Source of the DNA: Guyparkeria sp.
Lineage (GTDB): Bacteria; Pseudomonadota; Gammaproteobacteria; Halothiobacillales; Halothiobacillaceae
Direction: 5' to 3'
DNA: 64,000 nt
Assembly: GCF_046540515.1 (NCBI RefSeq)
Contig: NZ_JBKHFB010000001.1
Coordinates: forward strand, 2,591 to 66,590
The translations under genes were made by a program, and so were the position numbers. Each line of letters opens with the position of its first letter. Position 1 is the stretch's first letter. This document shows positions 7,997 through 18,297 of this stretch, one piece after another. The notes under the pieces are model-generated. The model saw nothing but the letters and a program-made list of their open reading frames with translations. It did no database searches and was not told the origin of the DNA.

Positions 7997-8860
7997 TTAG
8001 TGCAGCAGGCCGAACATCTTGCGGCGGTACTGGCGGGTGAGCGGGTGTTCGGCACCGAGCAGCTCGAACAGGTCGATCAGGCCGCGCCGGCCGGCATCGT
8101 CGTTGTAGGAACGGTCGCGCAGCATCATCTGGTAATACTGCTCCATCGCCTCCTCGATGTCGTTGCGCATGGCGAGCTTGGCGGCCAGCGCCTCGCGGGC
8201 CTCGCAATCCTTCGGGTCTTTCTCGATGCGGGCGCGCAGCTCGTCCTCGGGCGGGCCGGACTGGGCCGATCGCGCCATGCCGATACGGGCCTTGAACGAC
8301 TTGACGTCGTCGCGCGTGGCTGCGTCGACCGGCAGTGATTCGAGGATTTCCCAGGCCTGGTCGAGGTCGCCCTGCTCGGCGATCACGTCGGCGATGTCGA
8401 GCAGCACCTCGACGTTGCCCGGCTCCTGCTGGTTGGCCTGCTTGAGCATGTCCAGGGCCTGCTCGATGGCCCCGGCAGCACGCACCTGCTGGGCCTCGCG
8501 GCGCAGCTTGTCGATCTCGGAGAGCACGTGGCGACCGATGAACTCGCGAATCTGCCCCTCGGGCAACGCGCCCTGGAACTGATCGACCGGACGCCCGCCG
8601 ACGAACATCATGACCGTGGGCAGGCTGCGCACGCCGAACTGCTGGGCGAGTTCCTGCTCGGCCTCGGTGTCGATCTTGGCCAGTTTCACCTGGCCGTCCA
8701 TGCCCTCGACGATCTGCGAGAGAAGCGGCATCAACTGGCGGCAGGGGCCGCACCATTCCGCCCAGAAGTCGACCAGCACCGGTGTCTCCCGGGAGGCTTC
8801 CACCACCTGGTCGTGGAATGTCTGGGCGGTGACGGAATAGACGTGCGCGCTGTCGCTCAT
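7997..8860 (-). CDS. cnoX: Thioredoxin-TPR chaperedoxin (CnoX/YbbN)
   Basis: True start is MSDSAHV at 8860 (the listed 920-aa ORF is an antisense extension). WAEWCGPC thioredoxin motif, TPR domain, C-terminal YRRKMFGLLH. Confidence 0.92.
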   Translation of the reverse strand: MSDSAHVYSVTAQTFHDQVVEASRETPVLVDFWAEWCGPCRQLMPLLSQIVEGMDGQVKLAKIDTEAEQELAQQFGVRSLPTVMMFVGGRPVDQFQGALPEGQIREFIGRHVLSEIDKLRREAQQVRAAGAIEQALDMLKQANQQEPGNVEVLLDIADVIAEQGDLDQAWEILESLPVDAATRDDVKSFKARIGMARSAQSGPPEDELRARIEKDPKDCEAREALAAKLAMRNDIEEAMEQYYQMMLRDRSYNDDAGRRGLIDLFELLGAEHPLTRQYRRKMFGLLH

Positions 8861-9115
8861 GGTCGGATGATCCTCGTGGGTGTTGGTTCGGCTGCGCCTC
8901 GACATGGTGGTGGCCGGGCGGATTTTCAAGAGAGGGTCTGCATGGTTGGGGCGTGGCCGAGCCCGGGTGGGCCTCATCGGCCACCGCGCCGGTGTCAGGC
9001 CCCGGGCGGGCGTGTACACTTTGCGGCGGGCCGCGACGGCCGGCTCCCAGCGCCGCGCCGGTGATCCAGTGGGCCCCCGCGGCACCGACAATCTTAGGGA
9101 ATGCACGGTTGATCT

Positions 9116-11020
9116 ATGGCTGAACGATCCGATTACACCGCCGGCTCGATCGAGGTGCTCACCGGCCTCGATCCGGTCAGGAAGCGCCCGGGCATGTACA
9201 CCGATACCACCCGGCCCAACCACCTGGCCCAGGAGGTGATCGACAACAGCGTCGACGAGGCGATCAGCGGCCACGCGAGCGCGATCGACGTGGTCGTCCA
9301 CGAGGACGGCGCGCTGACGGTCTCCGACGACGGGCGCGGCATGCCGGTGGACATCCATCCCGAGCACGGTATCTCCGGGGTGGAGCTGATCCTCACCCGC
9401 CTGCACGCCGGCGGCAAGTTTTCCGACAAGTCCTACCAGTTCTCCGGCGGCCTGCACGGCGTGGGCGTGTCGGTGGTCAATGCGCTCTCCGACCGGCTGG
9501 TCGTGGATATCAAGCGCGACGGCAAGCTGCACCGGATCGAGTTCGCCCACGGCGAGGTCACCCGGCCCCTGGAGGTGATCGACACGGTCGGCAAGCGCAA
9601 CACCGGCACCACGCTGACCTTCTGGCCGGATATCAGCTACTTCGACCAGCCACGCTTCAACATGGCCCGCCTGCGTCACGTGCTGCGCGCCAAGGCCGTG
9701 CTCTGCCCGGGGCTCAAGGTCAGCCTCACCGACCAGGCCTCGGGCGAGCGCGAGGACTGGTGCTACGCCGACGGGCTGCGCGACTACCTGCTCGAGAGCG
9801 TGGCCGACCAGGAGGTGCTTCCCGCCGAGGGATTCGTCGGCCACATGAAGGCACCCGACGGCGGGCGCGCGCAGGAAGTCGCCTGGGCGGTGGTCTGGGC
9901 GACCGAGCCGGGCGAGGGGCTCACCGAAAGCTACGTCAACCTGATCCCTACCCTGCAGGGCGGCACGCACGTCAACGGCCTGCGCCAGGGGCTGACAGAG
10001 GCGATCCGCGAGTTCTGCGAGTTCCGCAGCCTCTTGCCCCGCGGCGTGCGCCTCTCGCCGGAGGATGTCTTCGACCGGGTGCGCTTCGTGCTCTCGGCCA
10101 AGCTGCACGACCCGCAGTTCGCCGGCCAGACCAAGGAACGCCTGTCCTCGCGCGAATCGGCGACCTTCATCAGCGGCGTGGTCAAGGACGCGCTGTCGCT
10201 GTACCTCAACCAGCATCCCGACATCGGCGAGCGGATCGCCGCGATCGCGATCGAGTCGGCGCAGAGCCGCATCAGGAGCGAGAAGAAGGTCGCCCGCAAG
10301 CGCGTGACCAGCGGCCCGGCGCTGCCCGGAAAGCTGGCCGATTGCGCCTCCACCGACCTCTCGCGCACCGAGCTGTTCCTGGTGGAGGGCGATTCGGCCG
10401 GCGGCTCGGCCAAGCAGGCCCGCGACCGCGACTTCCAGGCGATCATGCCCCTGCGCGGCAAGATCCTGAACACCTGGGAGACCGACCCCGGCCAGGTGCT
10501 GGCAAGCCAGGAAGTGCACGATATCGCCGTGGCTCTCGGCCTCGAGCCGGGCTCGAACGATCTCTCCAAGCTGCGCTACGGCAAGGTCTGCATCCTGGCT
10601 GACGCCGACTCGGACGGCCTGCACATCGCCACCTTGCTCTCGGCCCTGTTCCTGCGTCACTTCCCGGCGCTGGTGGATGCCGGGCATGTCTTCGTGGCCA
10701 TGCCGCCGCTGTACCGCGTCGACATGGGCAAGGAGACCTTCTACGCGCTGGACGAGCACGAACGCGACGGCATCATCGATCGCCTCGAGGCGGAAAAGCG
10801 TCGCGGCAAGATCCAGGTGACCCGCTTCAAGGGCCTGGGCGAGATGAACCCGGTGCAGCTGCGCGAATCGACCCTTGCCCCGGCCACGCGCCGGCTGGTG
10901 CAGCTCAAGGTGGAGGGTGACGACACCATCGAGGTCTTCGACATGCTGCTGGCCAAGAAGCGCGCCGCCGACCGGCGCGCCTGGCTGGAACGCAACGGCG
11001 ATCTCGCCGAGGTGGTATAG
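9116..11020 (+). CDS. parE: DNA topoisomerase IV subunit B
   Basis: GLDPVRKRPGMY, EVIDNSVDE, GGLHGVGVSVVNALS, EGDSAGGSAKQ, PLRGKILN, RFKGLGEMNP. Confidence 0.97.
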   Translation: MAERSDYTAGSIEVLTGLDPVRKRPGMYTDTTRPNHLAQEVIDNSVDEAISGHASAIDVVVHEDGALTVSDDGRGMPVDIHPEHGISGVELILTRLHAGGKFSDKSYQFSGGLHGVGVSVVNALSDRLVVDIKRDGKLHRIEFAHGEVTRPLEVIDTVGKRNTGTTLTFWPDISYFDQPRFNMARLRHVLRAKAVLCPGLKVSLTDQASGEREDWCYADGLRDYLLESVADQEVLPAEGFVGHMKAPDGGRAQEVAWAVVWATEPGEGLTESYVNLIPTLQGGTHVNGLRQGLTEAIREFCEFRSLLPRGVRLSPEDVFDRVRFVLSAKLHDPQFAGQTKERLSSRESATFISGVVKDALSLYLNQHPDIGERIAAIAIESAQSRIRSEKKVARKRVTSGPALPGKLADCASTDLSRTELFLVEGDSAGGSAKQARDRDFQAIMPLRGKILNTWETDPGQVLASQEVHDIAVALGLEPGSNDLSKLRYGKVCILADADSDGLHIATLLSALFLRHFPALVDAGHVFVAMPPLYRVDMGKETFYALDEHERDGIIDRLEAEKRRGKIQVTRFKGLGEMNPVQLRESTLAPATRRLVQLKVEGDDTIEVFDMLLAKKRAADRRAWLERNGDLAEVV

Positions 11021-11025
11021 CTCCC

Positions 11026-12780
11026 ATGGCGGACTGGCCGGCCCGGGGGCACCTCATCCGGCGCAGCCTGCTCGCCGGGTGGCTGTTCGTGGCCCCCGCC
11101 GGCGCCCATGCTGCCCCGAATCTCCAGCTCACCGGGCTGGAAGAGGTCGACCTGATCACCAACGTCGGCCTGTCGGTTCCCCGGGTGACCTTCTCCTGCA
11201 ACGCCAGCACCGCGCAGATCCGGCGCTATGTGGATGCCGCGGCCCGCGCCGCCGAAGAGGCCCTGCAGGCCTATGGCTACTTCAATGCGCGTATCGAGGG
11301 ACGCATCGATGTGCGCGACGATTGTCGCGACCCGGCGCTGCATGTCGAGAAAGGGCCCGTCACCACGGTCCGGTCGGTGGAGATCGACCTGGCCGACAGC
11401 ATCGAGTCGATCGAGTCGGTCCGCAGCTTCGTCGAGGAGAACCGCCCCGAAGTCGGTGCGCCGCTCGACCAGGCGGCCTACGATGCCTTGCGCGACGGGC
11501 TGCTCACCCGCGTGCAGCGTCTCGGCTACCTCGATGCCCGCTTCTCCCGCCACGAGATCCGGGTCGATCCCGAGGAGCAGGCCGCCGACATCGCCCTGGC
11601 GCTCGAGGCGGGGGGGCGCTACCGCTTCGGCGAGCTGGACATCGAGCAGACGGTCCTGAACCCCGAACTGGCGCGCAAAATGGCGGGCGTGGAGCGGGGC
11701 GCGCCGTATACCAGCCGAAACCTGCTGTCGATCAACCAGAACTTGAGTGGCGCCGAGTACTTCGATTCGGTCTCGGTCCGGCCCGACCTGGACCGGCGGG
11801 AGGATCTCGCAGTGCCGGTGGATGTCGTCGCCCGCCGGAGTCCGCGCACCTCCTGGGAGTTGCGCGCCGGCTACGCGACCGACGTCGGTCCGCGGGTGGG
11901 CGCGAACGTCAAGCGTCGCTACGTCAACAAGCGCGGGCATCGCTGGGCCGCGCGGACCCAGCTGTCCGCCATCGAGCAGCGGCTGAACACCAGCTACAGC
12001 ATCCCCCGTTCGGCCGATCCGCTTCGCGAGCGCTACGACATCTACGCCCGGGTCACGCGGCACGACAACAACTCGATCGTGACCACCGAAGCGGCGAGCG
12101 GGGTGCAGTGGGTGCGCGAAACGGACCGCTGGACGCGGTCGCTGTTCACGGAATACCTGCTCGACCGCACGCGCTACGGTGACAATCCGGCCGAGTCCCA
12201 GGGCTTTGCCGTCGTCGGCGGTCGGCTGGGCTACGACGGGCTGGACGACCCCCTGTTCCCGACCCGGGGCGTGGTGTTCGATGTCTCGCTGCAAGGGGCG
12301 GCCGAGCCGGTGTTATCCGCCGCGAACTTCGTTCGCGCCCGGGGCCTGGTCGGCGGCTACCATTCCCTGGGACGCTGGATCTTCGCCGGCCGGGCGGAGG
12401 CCGGCGTGATCAGCACCGACGACTTCGATTCGATCCCTCGTTCCCTGCGCTTCTTCACGGGCGGGGACCGCTCCGTGCGCGGTTACGACTACGAATCGCT
12501 CTCGCCGCGTGACGAGGAGGGCACCCGTACCGGGGGCAAGTATCTCCTCGTCGGCAGCCTCGAGGCCATGCATCCCGTGGTCGGTGACGACTGGTACCTG
12601 GCCGGCTTCGTCGATACCGGCAATGCCTACACCGACCCGGAGGCCGATCTGAAGACCGGTGCGGGGGTCGGGGTGCGCTGGCGCTCGCCGGTGGGCATGG
12701 TGCGGCTGGACGTCGCCCAGCCGCTCGACGGTTCGGGTGGCCTGCCGCGCCTGCACCTCGGCCTGGGAGCGGCGTTCTGA
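11026..12780 (+). CDS. tamA: Translocation and assembly module outer membrane subunit (Omp85 family)
   Basis: POTRA region (ALQAYGYF), RFFTGGDRSVRGY, GVGVRWRSPVG, C-terminal Phe. Confidence 0.92.
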   Translation: MADWPARGHLIRRSLLAGWLFVAPAGAHAAPNLQLTGLEEVDLITNVGLSVPRVTFSCNASTAQIRRYVDAAARAAEEALQAYGYFNARIEGRIDVRDDCRDPALHVEKGPVTTVRSVEIDLADSIESIESVRSFVEENRPEVGAPLDQAAYDALRDGLLTRVQRLGYLDARFSRHEIRVDPEEQAADIALALEAGGRYRFGELDIEQTVLNPELARKMAGVERGAPYTSRNLLSINQNLSGAEYFDSVSVRPDLDRREDLAVPVDVVARRSPRTSWELRAGYATDVGPRVGANVKRRYVNKRGHRWAARTQLSAIEQRLNTSYSIPRSADPLRERYDIYARVTRHDNNSIVTTEAASGVQWVRETDRWTRSLFTEYLLDRTRYGDNPAESQGFAVVGGRLGYDGLDDPLFPTRGVVFDVSLQGAAEPVLSAANFVRARGLVGGYHSLGRWIFAGRAEAGVISTDDFDSIPRSLRFFTGGDRSVRGYDYESLSPRDEEGTRTGGKYLLVGSLEAMHPVVGDDWYLAGFVDTGNAYTDPEADLKTGAGVGVRWRSPVGMVRLDVAQPLDGSGGLPRLHLGLGAAF

Positions 12781-15700
12781 TGCTCGGTCGTGCCCTGATC
12801 ACCGCTCTGGTCTGGTTGCGACGACTGGTCCTGGTCGGCGGCTGGCTGGCGTTGACGGTGCTCATGCTGGCCGCCGTGGCGCTGTGGTGGCTGACGAGCA
12901 CGTCGTCCGGCGTCCAGTGGTCGTTCGACCAGGCCGAGCAGCGCCTGTCCGCGTTGACGGTCGAGCACGTCGAGGGCACACCCTGGCGTGGGTTGCGGCT
13001 CGAAGGATTGGCCTGGCAGCCGCAGGAAGGGGCGGCCGTCGAGGCGGCCGAACTGCGGCTCGAGATCGACCCGGGCGCGCTCTGGCGCGGGCAGCTGCGG
13101 CTGGCCGACCTGTTTGTCCGGGACATGCTCGTCGACCTGCCGCCGGCCGGGGAGGACGCGGCGGGCGGGCCGGACGGTGCGTTCGACCCGGATGACCTGC
13201 CCTTGCCGCCCTGGCTGGTCGAGGTCGAATCCCTGCGCGCCGAGTCGGTCGTGATTCGCCAGGGCGAGCGGGACACGCGGGTCGAGACTGCGCAGCTCAC
13301 CGCCCTGCTGGATGCCCGGGTCGATCGCCCCCGCCTCGAACTCGATCTCGCCGAACTCGCGCTCGAGATGCCCGATGCCGTGCGGCTGGACGGCCGGGGC
13401 GAGATCGCCGTCGAACTGGCCGGCTCGATGCCCGCGATCGGCAGGATCGAGCTTCTGATGGATCATCCCGCCGGCTGGCTTTCGGGCCACGTCGACGTCG
13501 AGGGGGAGGCGCTCGCGGGGCTCGCTCTGCGCCCGACGCTGGACTGGATCGGCGCCGACGGCCAGCCGGCCGCCGCCTGCGGGGCGATGACGCTGGAGGG
13601 CGCGGACCTGGCCATCTCGAACCTCGTCATCGATGCGCTCGGGGGACGGCTGGCGCTCGACGGCGCGGCGCAGCTGGCGGCCGACTGGTCGCTTCGCCTC
13701 GCGGGGCGGGGCGAGTCCGTCGATCCCGCGTGGATCACCCCCGGCCTGCCGGGAGATCTCGATTTTGGTGTCTCGATCGACGTCTCGCGCGCCGACGGGT
13801 GGCTGCCGGTTGCCGGGCGGCTGGCGATCGACCGGCTGGACGGCGAGCTGGCGGGAGAGCGGCTCGAGGCGATCGACATCGAGGGCGACCTTGCCTCGGA
13901 CCTGGTCACGCTCGGGGTCGATGGTCGCGCCGGGGGAGGCGATCTGCGGCTCGATGCCCGGCTCGATGCCGAGCGTGGCTTCGAGGCCGACTGGCGGATC
14001 GAGGCGCTGCCGGTCGCCGCGGCGCTGCTCGACGGGCAGCGGCCCGCGCTGGTCTTCGCCAGCGACGGCCGGGTCCACGGGCGCCTGCCGGACTGGGAGC
14101 AACCGCTGTCGGCAGCGGACTGGCTGGCGCAGAGCCGGCTCGAGTTGGAGGCCCTGCGGGCGGTGCTGGCCGAATCCGGCGTCGAGGGTGAGCCACGTCG
14201 CCTGCAGCTCGACGCCCAAGGCCGCCTGGCCGACGGCGAGGCCGCTCTGTCACGGGGCGAGCTGAGCATGCCGGGGGCGCGGTTCGAGGCCGGCGGGCGA
14301 CTGGCGACCGCCGCGGAACTCGACGATTGGCTGATCGACGACGGCCGGCTGCAACTGTCGGTGCCGGATCTCGGCGCGCTGCCCTGGGACATGGTCGAGC
14401 GCGTGCCGGGCGTCGACCTTGCCGCCCTTGGAACGGACGCTGCCCGCGGAGCGATCGATGCCGATGTCGACCTGGCCGGGCCGTTGCTCGACCCGCACGG
14501 GCGGCTTGAACTGACGGCCCGCTCCCTGGTGCTCGCCGGGCATTCGCTCGGTGAACTGGCCGTCGACGGCCGCATCGGCGGGCCGGAGGCGAACGATGAC
14601 CTGCGGCTGTCGCTCGAGGCGGCGGATCTGCGCGCCGTCGGTGCCGAGGAGAGACTGATCGACCGCCTGTCCATTCGGGCCGACGGCACGCCCGAGGCCC
14701 ACCGGTTGCGGATGGACGCCGATGCGATGGTCGGGCTCCGGCTGGTCGCCGATGGCGGCTGGGACGGCGCGCAGTGGCAGGGACGGCTGGATCGCCTCGA
14801 TCTCTCCCGGCCCGACGTGGGTGACTGGGCGCTGGCCGAGCCGGCGACCCTCACCATCGATGCGCAACGTCAGCGACTGGAAACCTTCTGCCTGCGGCCG
14901 GTCAGTGCCGGGATGCCGGCGTCCGAGACCGGGCGATTGTGCCTGGACGCGGATCGCGACCCCGAGACGGTGAATGCCCGTGCCAGCGGGGACCTGTCGC
15001 TCATGGCGCTCTGGCAGCAGTGGCCGGGGGCGGACCCGGAAACCCTCGAGTTGCCGGGTCGGCTGCAGGTCGATGGCACGGCCCGCCTTGCCGCCGGCGT
15101 GCCGAGCGCCGACATCGGGATCGACCTGCCGGCCAGCGAGATCCGGCTGGCCGGGGATGCCTTTACCGATGACTCCAGCAACGACGAGTTCGAGGTGATC
15201 ACCTACCGGCCGGCACGGCTGGAGGTACGCCTCGACGGTGAGCAGGTCGAGGGCGGTCTTCAGGCCGGTCTGGAGGACTGGCTCGACCTGAGTGCCGCAG
15301 GCCGTGCAGACCTGGCGGATCGCCAGATCGAGGGTGACGTCGACCTGGCCCGTGCCGACCTCGCCCGCCTGGTCGATCTGTTCGAGAGCCTGGTCGGTCC
15401 GACCAACCTGCCGGTGGGCGACATCACGGGCGATCTCCGCGGGCAGGCGTCCGTCACCGGGGACTGGGCGGATCCCCGTGTCGCCGCAAGCCTGCGGCTG
15501 CGCGATTTCGGCCTGGCCGCCTTTGCCGCCGGCACCGAATACCGCGACGGCCGGATCGACGCGGAGCTGGCTTCTGACGGCGGTATCACCTTGGCGGGAT
15601 CGCTGGTCGGCGAGGCGGACACGCCACCACGGCCGGTGTTCCAGGAGCGGCGCATCACCGAGACCGAGTCCTCGCGCACTCGTGGTGAACTGGCCCTGAG

Positions 15701-16700
15701 CGGCGAGGGGCGGTTCGATGCCCCGGGCGACTGGCGGCTGGCGCTGGAAGTCGGCGGCGAGGCGGTGCCGGTGCTGCGCCTGCCGACGATGACCGTCGAT
15801 GCCCGCCCGGACCTGCAACTGGATCTTGCACCGTCCGGGGGGCGCCTGGACGGCGCGATTCACGTGCCGCTGGTGATCGCCAATATCGAGGAGCTGCCGG
15901 AAAGTGCGCGCAGCAACTCGCCAGACCTGGTGATCGTCGGCGAGGAGGAGCCGGACCCCGGTTCCGCCTACCCGATCGAGGGCGACGTCGACGTCGTCCT
16001 GGGCGACGATGTCAGCCTGCGCGGCCACGGTTTCGCCACCCGGCTGGCCGGAGGGCTGGAGCTGAGGATCCGGCCCGATCAGACCGTTGACGGCTTCGGC
16101 GAGGTGCGCCTCGAGGACGGTCGCTACCAGGCCTACGGCCAGGATCTGCGTATCGAGCGCGGCCGGCTGATCTTCAACGGGCCACTGGGTGCGCCGGGGC
16201 TGGACGTGGTGGCCAGTCGCCAGATCGACGATGCCGAGCGCACGGTGGTGGGCCTGTCGATACAGGGGGAGCTGGAGAATCCCGAGACTGAGGTCTTCTC
16301 GGAACCGGCCACCTCTCAGAGCGATGCGCTGTCGCTGCTGCTGACCGGGCGGCGGCTCTCCGATGGTTCGGAGGGGGACGGCTCGTTGCTGATGGCAGCG
16401 ATCAAGGGGCTGGGTGTTCGCGGGGGGGACACGCTGGCCCAGCAGGTCAACGCCACCCTGGGCTTCGACGAGATCGGGCTGGATTCGGGCGACGACGTGA
16501 GCGGCACGCGCTTGAGCGTCGGCAAGCGCATCGGGGAGAATCTGCTGGTCCGCTACGCGGTGGGGGTATTCGATGGAGTCGGGGAAGTGATCACGCGCTA
16601 CCGCATCAACCGGTTCCTGCACTTGGAACTGACCAGCAGTGCCGAGTCGCAGTCGGGTGACCTGATCTACCAGATCGACACCGGACGACGGGAGGACTGA
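12780..16700 (+). CDS. tamB: Translocation and assembly module TamB
   Basis: 1306 aa; N-terminal TM anchor; C-terminal DUF490 (GRYQAYGQDL, VGKRI...RYAVGVF); TGATG overlap with tamA. Confidence 0.92.
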   Translation: MLGRALITALVWLRRLVLVGGWLALTVLMLAAVALWWLTSTSSGVQWSFDQAEQRLSALTVEHVEGTPWRGLRLEGLAWQPQEGAAVEAAELRLEIDPGALWRGQLRLADLFVRDMLVDLPPAGEDAAGGPDGAFDPDDLPLPPWLVEVESLRAESVVIRQGERDTRVETAQLTALLDARVDRPRLELDLAELALEMPDAVRLDGRGEIAVELAGSMPAIGRIELLMDHPAGWLSGHVDVEGEALAGLALRPTLDWIGADGQPAAACGAMTLEGADLAISNLVIDALGGRLALDGAAQLAADWSLRLAGRGESVDPAWITPGLPGDLDFGVSIDVSRADGWLPVAGRLAIDRLDGELAGERLEAIDIEGDLASDLVTLGVDGRAGGGDLRLDARLDAERGFEADWRIEALPVAAALLDGQRPALVFASDGRVHGRLPDWEQPLSAADWLAQSRLELEALRAVLAESGVEGEPRRLQLDAQGRLADGEAALSRGELSMPGARFEAGGRLATAAELDDWLIDDGRLQLSVPDLGALPWDMVERVPGVDLAALGTDAARGAIDADVDLAGPLLDPHGRLELTARSLVLAGHSLGELAVDGRIGGPEANDDLRLSLEAADLRAVGAEERLIDRLSIRADGTPEAHRLRMDADAMVGLRLVADGGWDGAQWQGRLDRLDLSRPDVGDWALAEPATLTIDAQRQRLETFCLRPVSAGMPASETGRLCLDADRDPETVNARASGDLSLMALWQQWPGADPETLELPGRLQVDGTARLAAGVPSADIGIDLPASEIRLAGDAFTDDSSNDEFEVITYRPARLEVRLDGEQVEGGLQAGLEDWLDLSAAGRADLADRQIEGDVDLARADLARLVDLFESLVGPTNLPVGDITGDLRGQASVTGDWADPRVAASLRLRDFGLAAFAAGTEYRDGRIDAELASDGGITLAGSLVGEADTPPRPVFQERRITETESSRTRGELALSGEGRFDAPGDWRLALEVGGEAVPVLRLPTMTVDARPDLQLDLAPSGGRLDGAIHVPLVIANIEELPESARSNSPDLVIVGEEEPDPGSAYPIEGDVDVVLGDDVSLRGHGFATRLAGGLELRIRPDQTVDGFGEVRLEDGRYQAYGQDLRIERGRLIFNGPLGAPGLDVVASRQIDDAERTVVGLSIQGELENPETEVFSEPATSQSDALSLLLTGRRLSDGSEGDGSLLMAAIKGLGVRGGDTLAQQVNATLGFDEIGLDSGDDVSGTRLSVGKRIGENLLVRYAVGVFDGVGEVITRYRINRFLHLELTSSAESQSGDLIYQIDTGRRED

Positions 16701-17389
16701 TGGGTATCGGCCTGCTGATCGTCCTGGGCCTGATGGCCGCGCTCTCCTACCTGCCCGGCTGGTGGGTCGGGCAGGTGATGCGGCGACACAGCGAACCGGC
16801 CGACCGCTTCGACTTCTCCGGCGCCGACCTGGCCCGCTACCTGCTTGATCGCCATCATCTCGAATACGTCAAGGTGGAGGAGACCAAGGCCGGCGACCAC
16901 TACGACCCCGCCGACCGGGCGGTGCGTCTGTCACCGGCGCACTTTTCCGGGCATTCGCTTACCGCGATCACGGTGGCCGCCCACGAGGTGGGTCACGCCC
17001 TGCAGGATGCCGAGCAATACCCGCCGTTCCAGCGTCGGCAGGAAGTGGTCGAGCGTACCCGGTGGGCACAACGCATCGCCGGCTGGATCCTGGTCGCCAT
17101 CCCGGTCGTCTCGGTGATCCAGAAGGGGCCGCTGGCCGGGCTGGTGATGTTCGCCGCCGGGGTGATGACCATGGCGGTGCCCGTCTTCGCCCACCTGGCC
17201 ACCCTGCCCACCGAGCTCGATGCCAGCTTCAATCGCGCCTTGCCCATGCTCCAGGAGGGCGGCTTCCTCAGGAAGACCGACCGCCGCCCCGCCCGCCGCA
17301 TCCTGCGCGCCGCGGCATTGACCTACGTCGCCCAGGCCCTGTCCTCGCTGATCAACGTCTTCCGCTGGCTGCGCGGCATGCGGATGTAG
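16700..17389 (+). CDS. Putative neutral zinc metallopeptidase (membrane-anchored)
   Basis: DHYDP, VAAHEVGHALQ (HExxH), TLPTELDAS, AAALTYVA. Confidence 0.88.
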   Translation: MGIGLLIVLGLMAALSYLPGWWVGQVMRRHSEPADRFDFSGADLARYLLDRHHLEYVKVEETKAGDHYDPADRAVRLSPAHFSGHSLTAITVAAHEVGHALQDAEQYPPFQRRQEVVERTRWAQRIAGWILVAIPVVSVIQKGPLAGLVMFAAGVMTMAVPVFAHLATLPTELDASFNRALPMLQEGGFLRKTDRRPARRILRAAALTYVAQALSSLINVFRWLRGMRM

Positions 17390-17481
17390 CAGGGGAAGAG
17401 AGGAACCCGCGGCTCGGTTACAATGCCGCCCACCGCGCCGCGAAAGCGGCCCCCGAATCCAGAACAATCAGGAAGCGCGCA

Positions 17482-18252
17482 ATGCAGAGCCAATACCTCG
17501 AAACCGCCCTCGCCGCCGCCCGTGCCGCCGAGGCGGTGGTCCGTCGCTACTGGCAGCAGAACGTCGAGATCGAGATCAAGGAAGACGCCACGCCGGTCAC
17601 CGTGGCCGATGTGGAGACGGAGAAGGCCATCAAGGCGGTGATCCTGGATGCCTTCCCGGATCACGGTTTCTACGGGGAGGAGACCGGCAAGACGCGTCCT
17701 GAGGCGGAGTTCACCTGGCTGGTCGACCCGATCGACGGCACCAAGAGCTTCGTGCGCGAGTACCCGTTCTTCTCCACGCAGATCGCGCTGATGCAGGGCG
17801 ACGAGATCATCCTGGGCGTGTCGAGCGCGCCGGTGTTCGGCGAGTACGCCTACGCCGAGAAGGGTGGCGGTGCGTTCTTCATGGACCGCGCCGCGCGGGT
17901 CAGTCAGATCGATACCCTTTCCGAGGCGACGCTTTCGGTGGGCAATCTCGTGACGCTCGCCAAGCAACCGGTCGGCTGGGCCGGGCTGGCGACGCTGGTT
18001 GCGGAGGTCAACCGCACCCGCGGCTACGGCGACTTCTACCACTACCACCTGCTGGCGCGTGGGGCGATCGACCTGGTGGTGGAGTCCGACGTCAACGTGC
18101 TCGATATCGCCGCGCTGTCGGTGATCGTCCAGGAGGCGGGCGGCGTATTCACCGACCTCGAGGGCAACGGCGTGGGGCTGGACACCACGACCGTCTGTGC
18201 CGCCGCCACGCCGGCTCTGCACCAGATCGCCCGCAAGCGGCTGGGGTTCTGA
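17482..18252 (+). CDS. Inositol monophosphatase family protein, probable histidinol-phosphatase (HisN-type)
   Basis: Start MQSQYLE; motifs K.DATPVTVAD, GEE, WLVDPIDGTKSF, RGYGDF, DIAAL. Confidence 0.85.
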   Translation: MQSQYLETALAAARAAEAVVRRYWQQNVEIEIKEDATPVTVADVETEKAIKAVILDAFPDHGFYGEETGKTRPEAEFTWLVDPIDGTKSFVREYPFFSTQIALMQGDEIILGVSSAPVFGEYAYAEKGGGAFFMDRAARVSQIDTLSEATLSVGNLVTLAKQPVGWAGLATLVAEVNRTRGYGDFYHYHLLARGAIDLVVESDVNVLDIAALSVIVQEAGGVFTDLEGNGVGLDTTTVCAAATPALHQIARKRLGF

Positions 18253-18297
18253 GGATTGGCTGGAACGTTTCGCGAGTAACGGTCGGTCAGGTGGGAT

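Noticed and set aside
7997-10759. 920-aa minus-strand ORF suggesting a giant thioredoxin fusion
   Set aside because: The N-terminal ~630 aa are mostly the antisense shadow of parE in GC-rich DNA; the real cnoX starts at 8860.
14250-16622. Long antisense ORFs (also 24182-26083, 32580-34835, 51138-53153, 60666-62462 and others)
   Set aside because: They overlap well-supported genes on the opposite strand and lack motifs; expected from high-GC codon bias.
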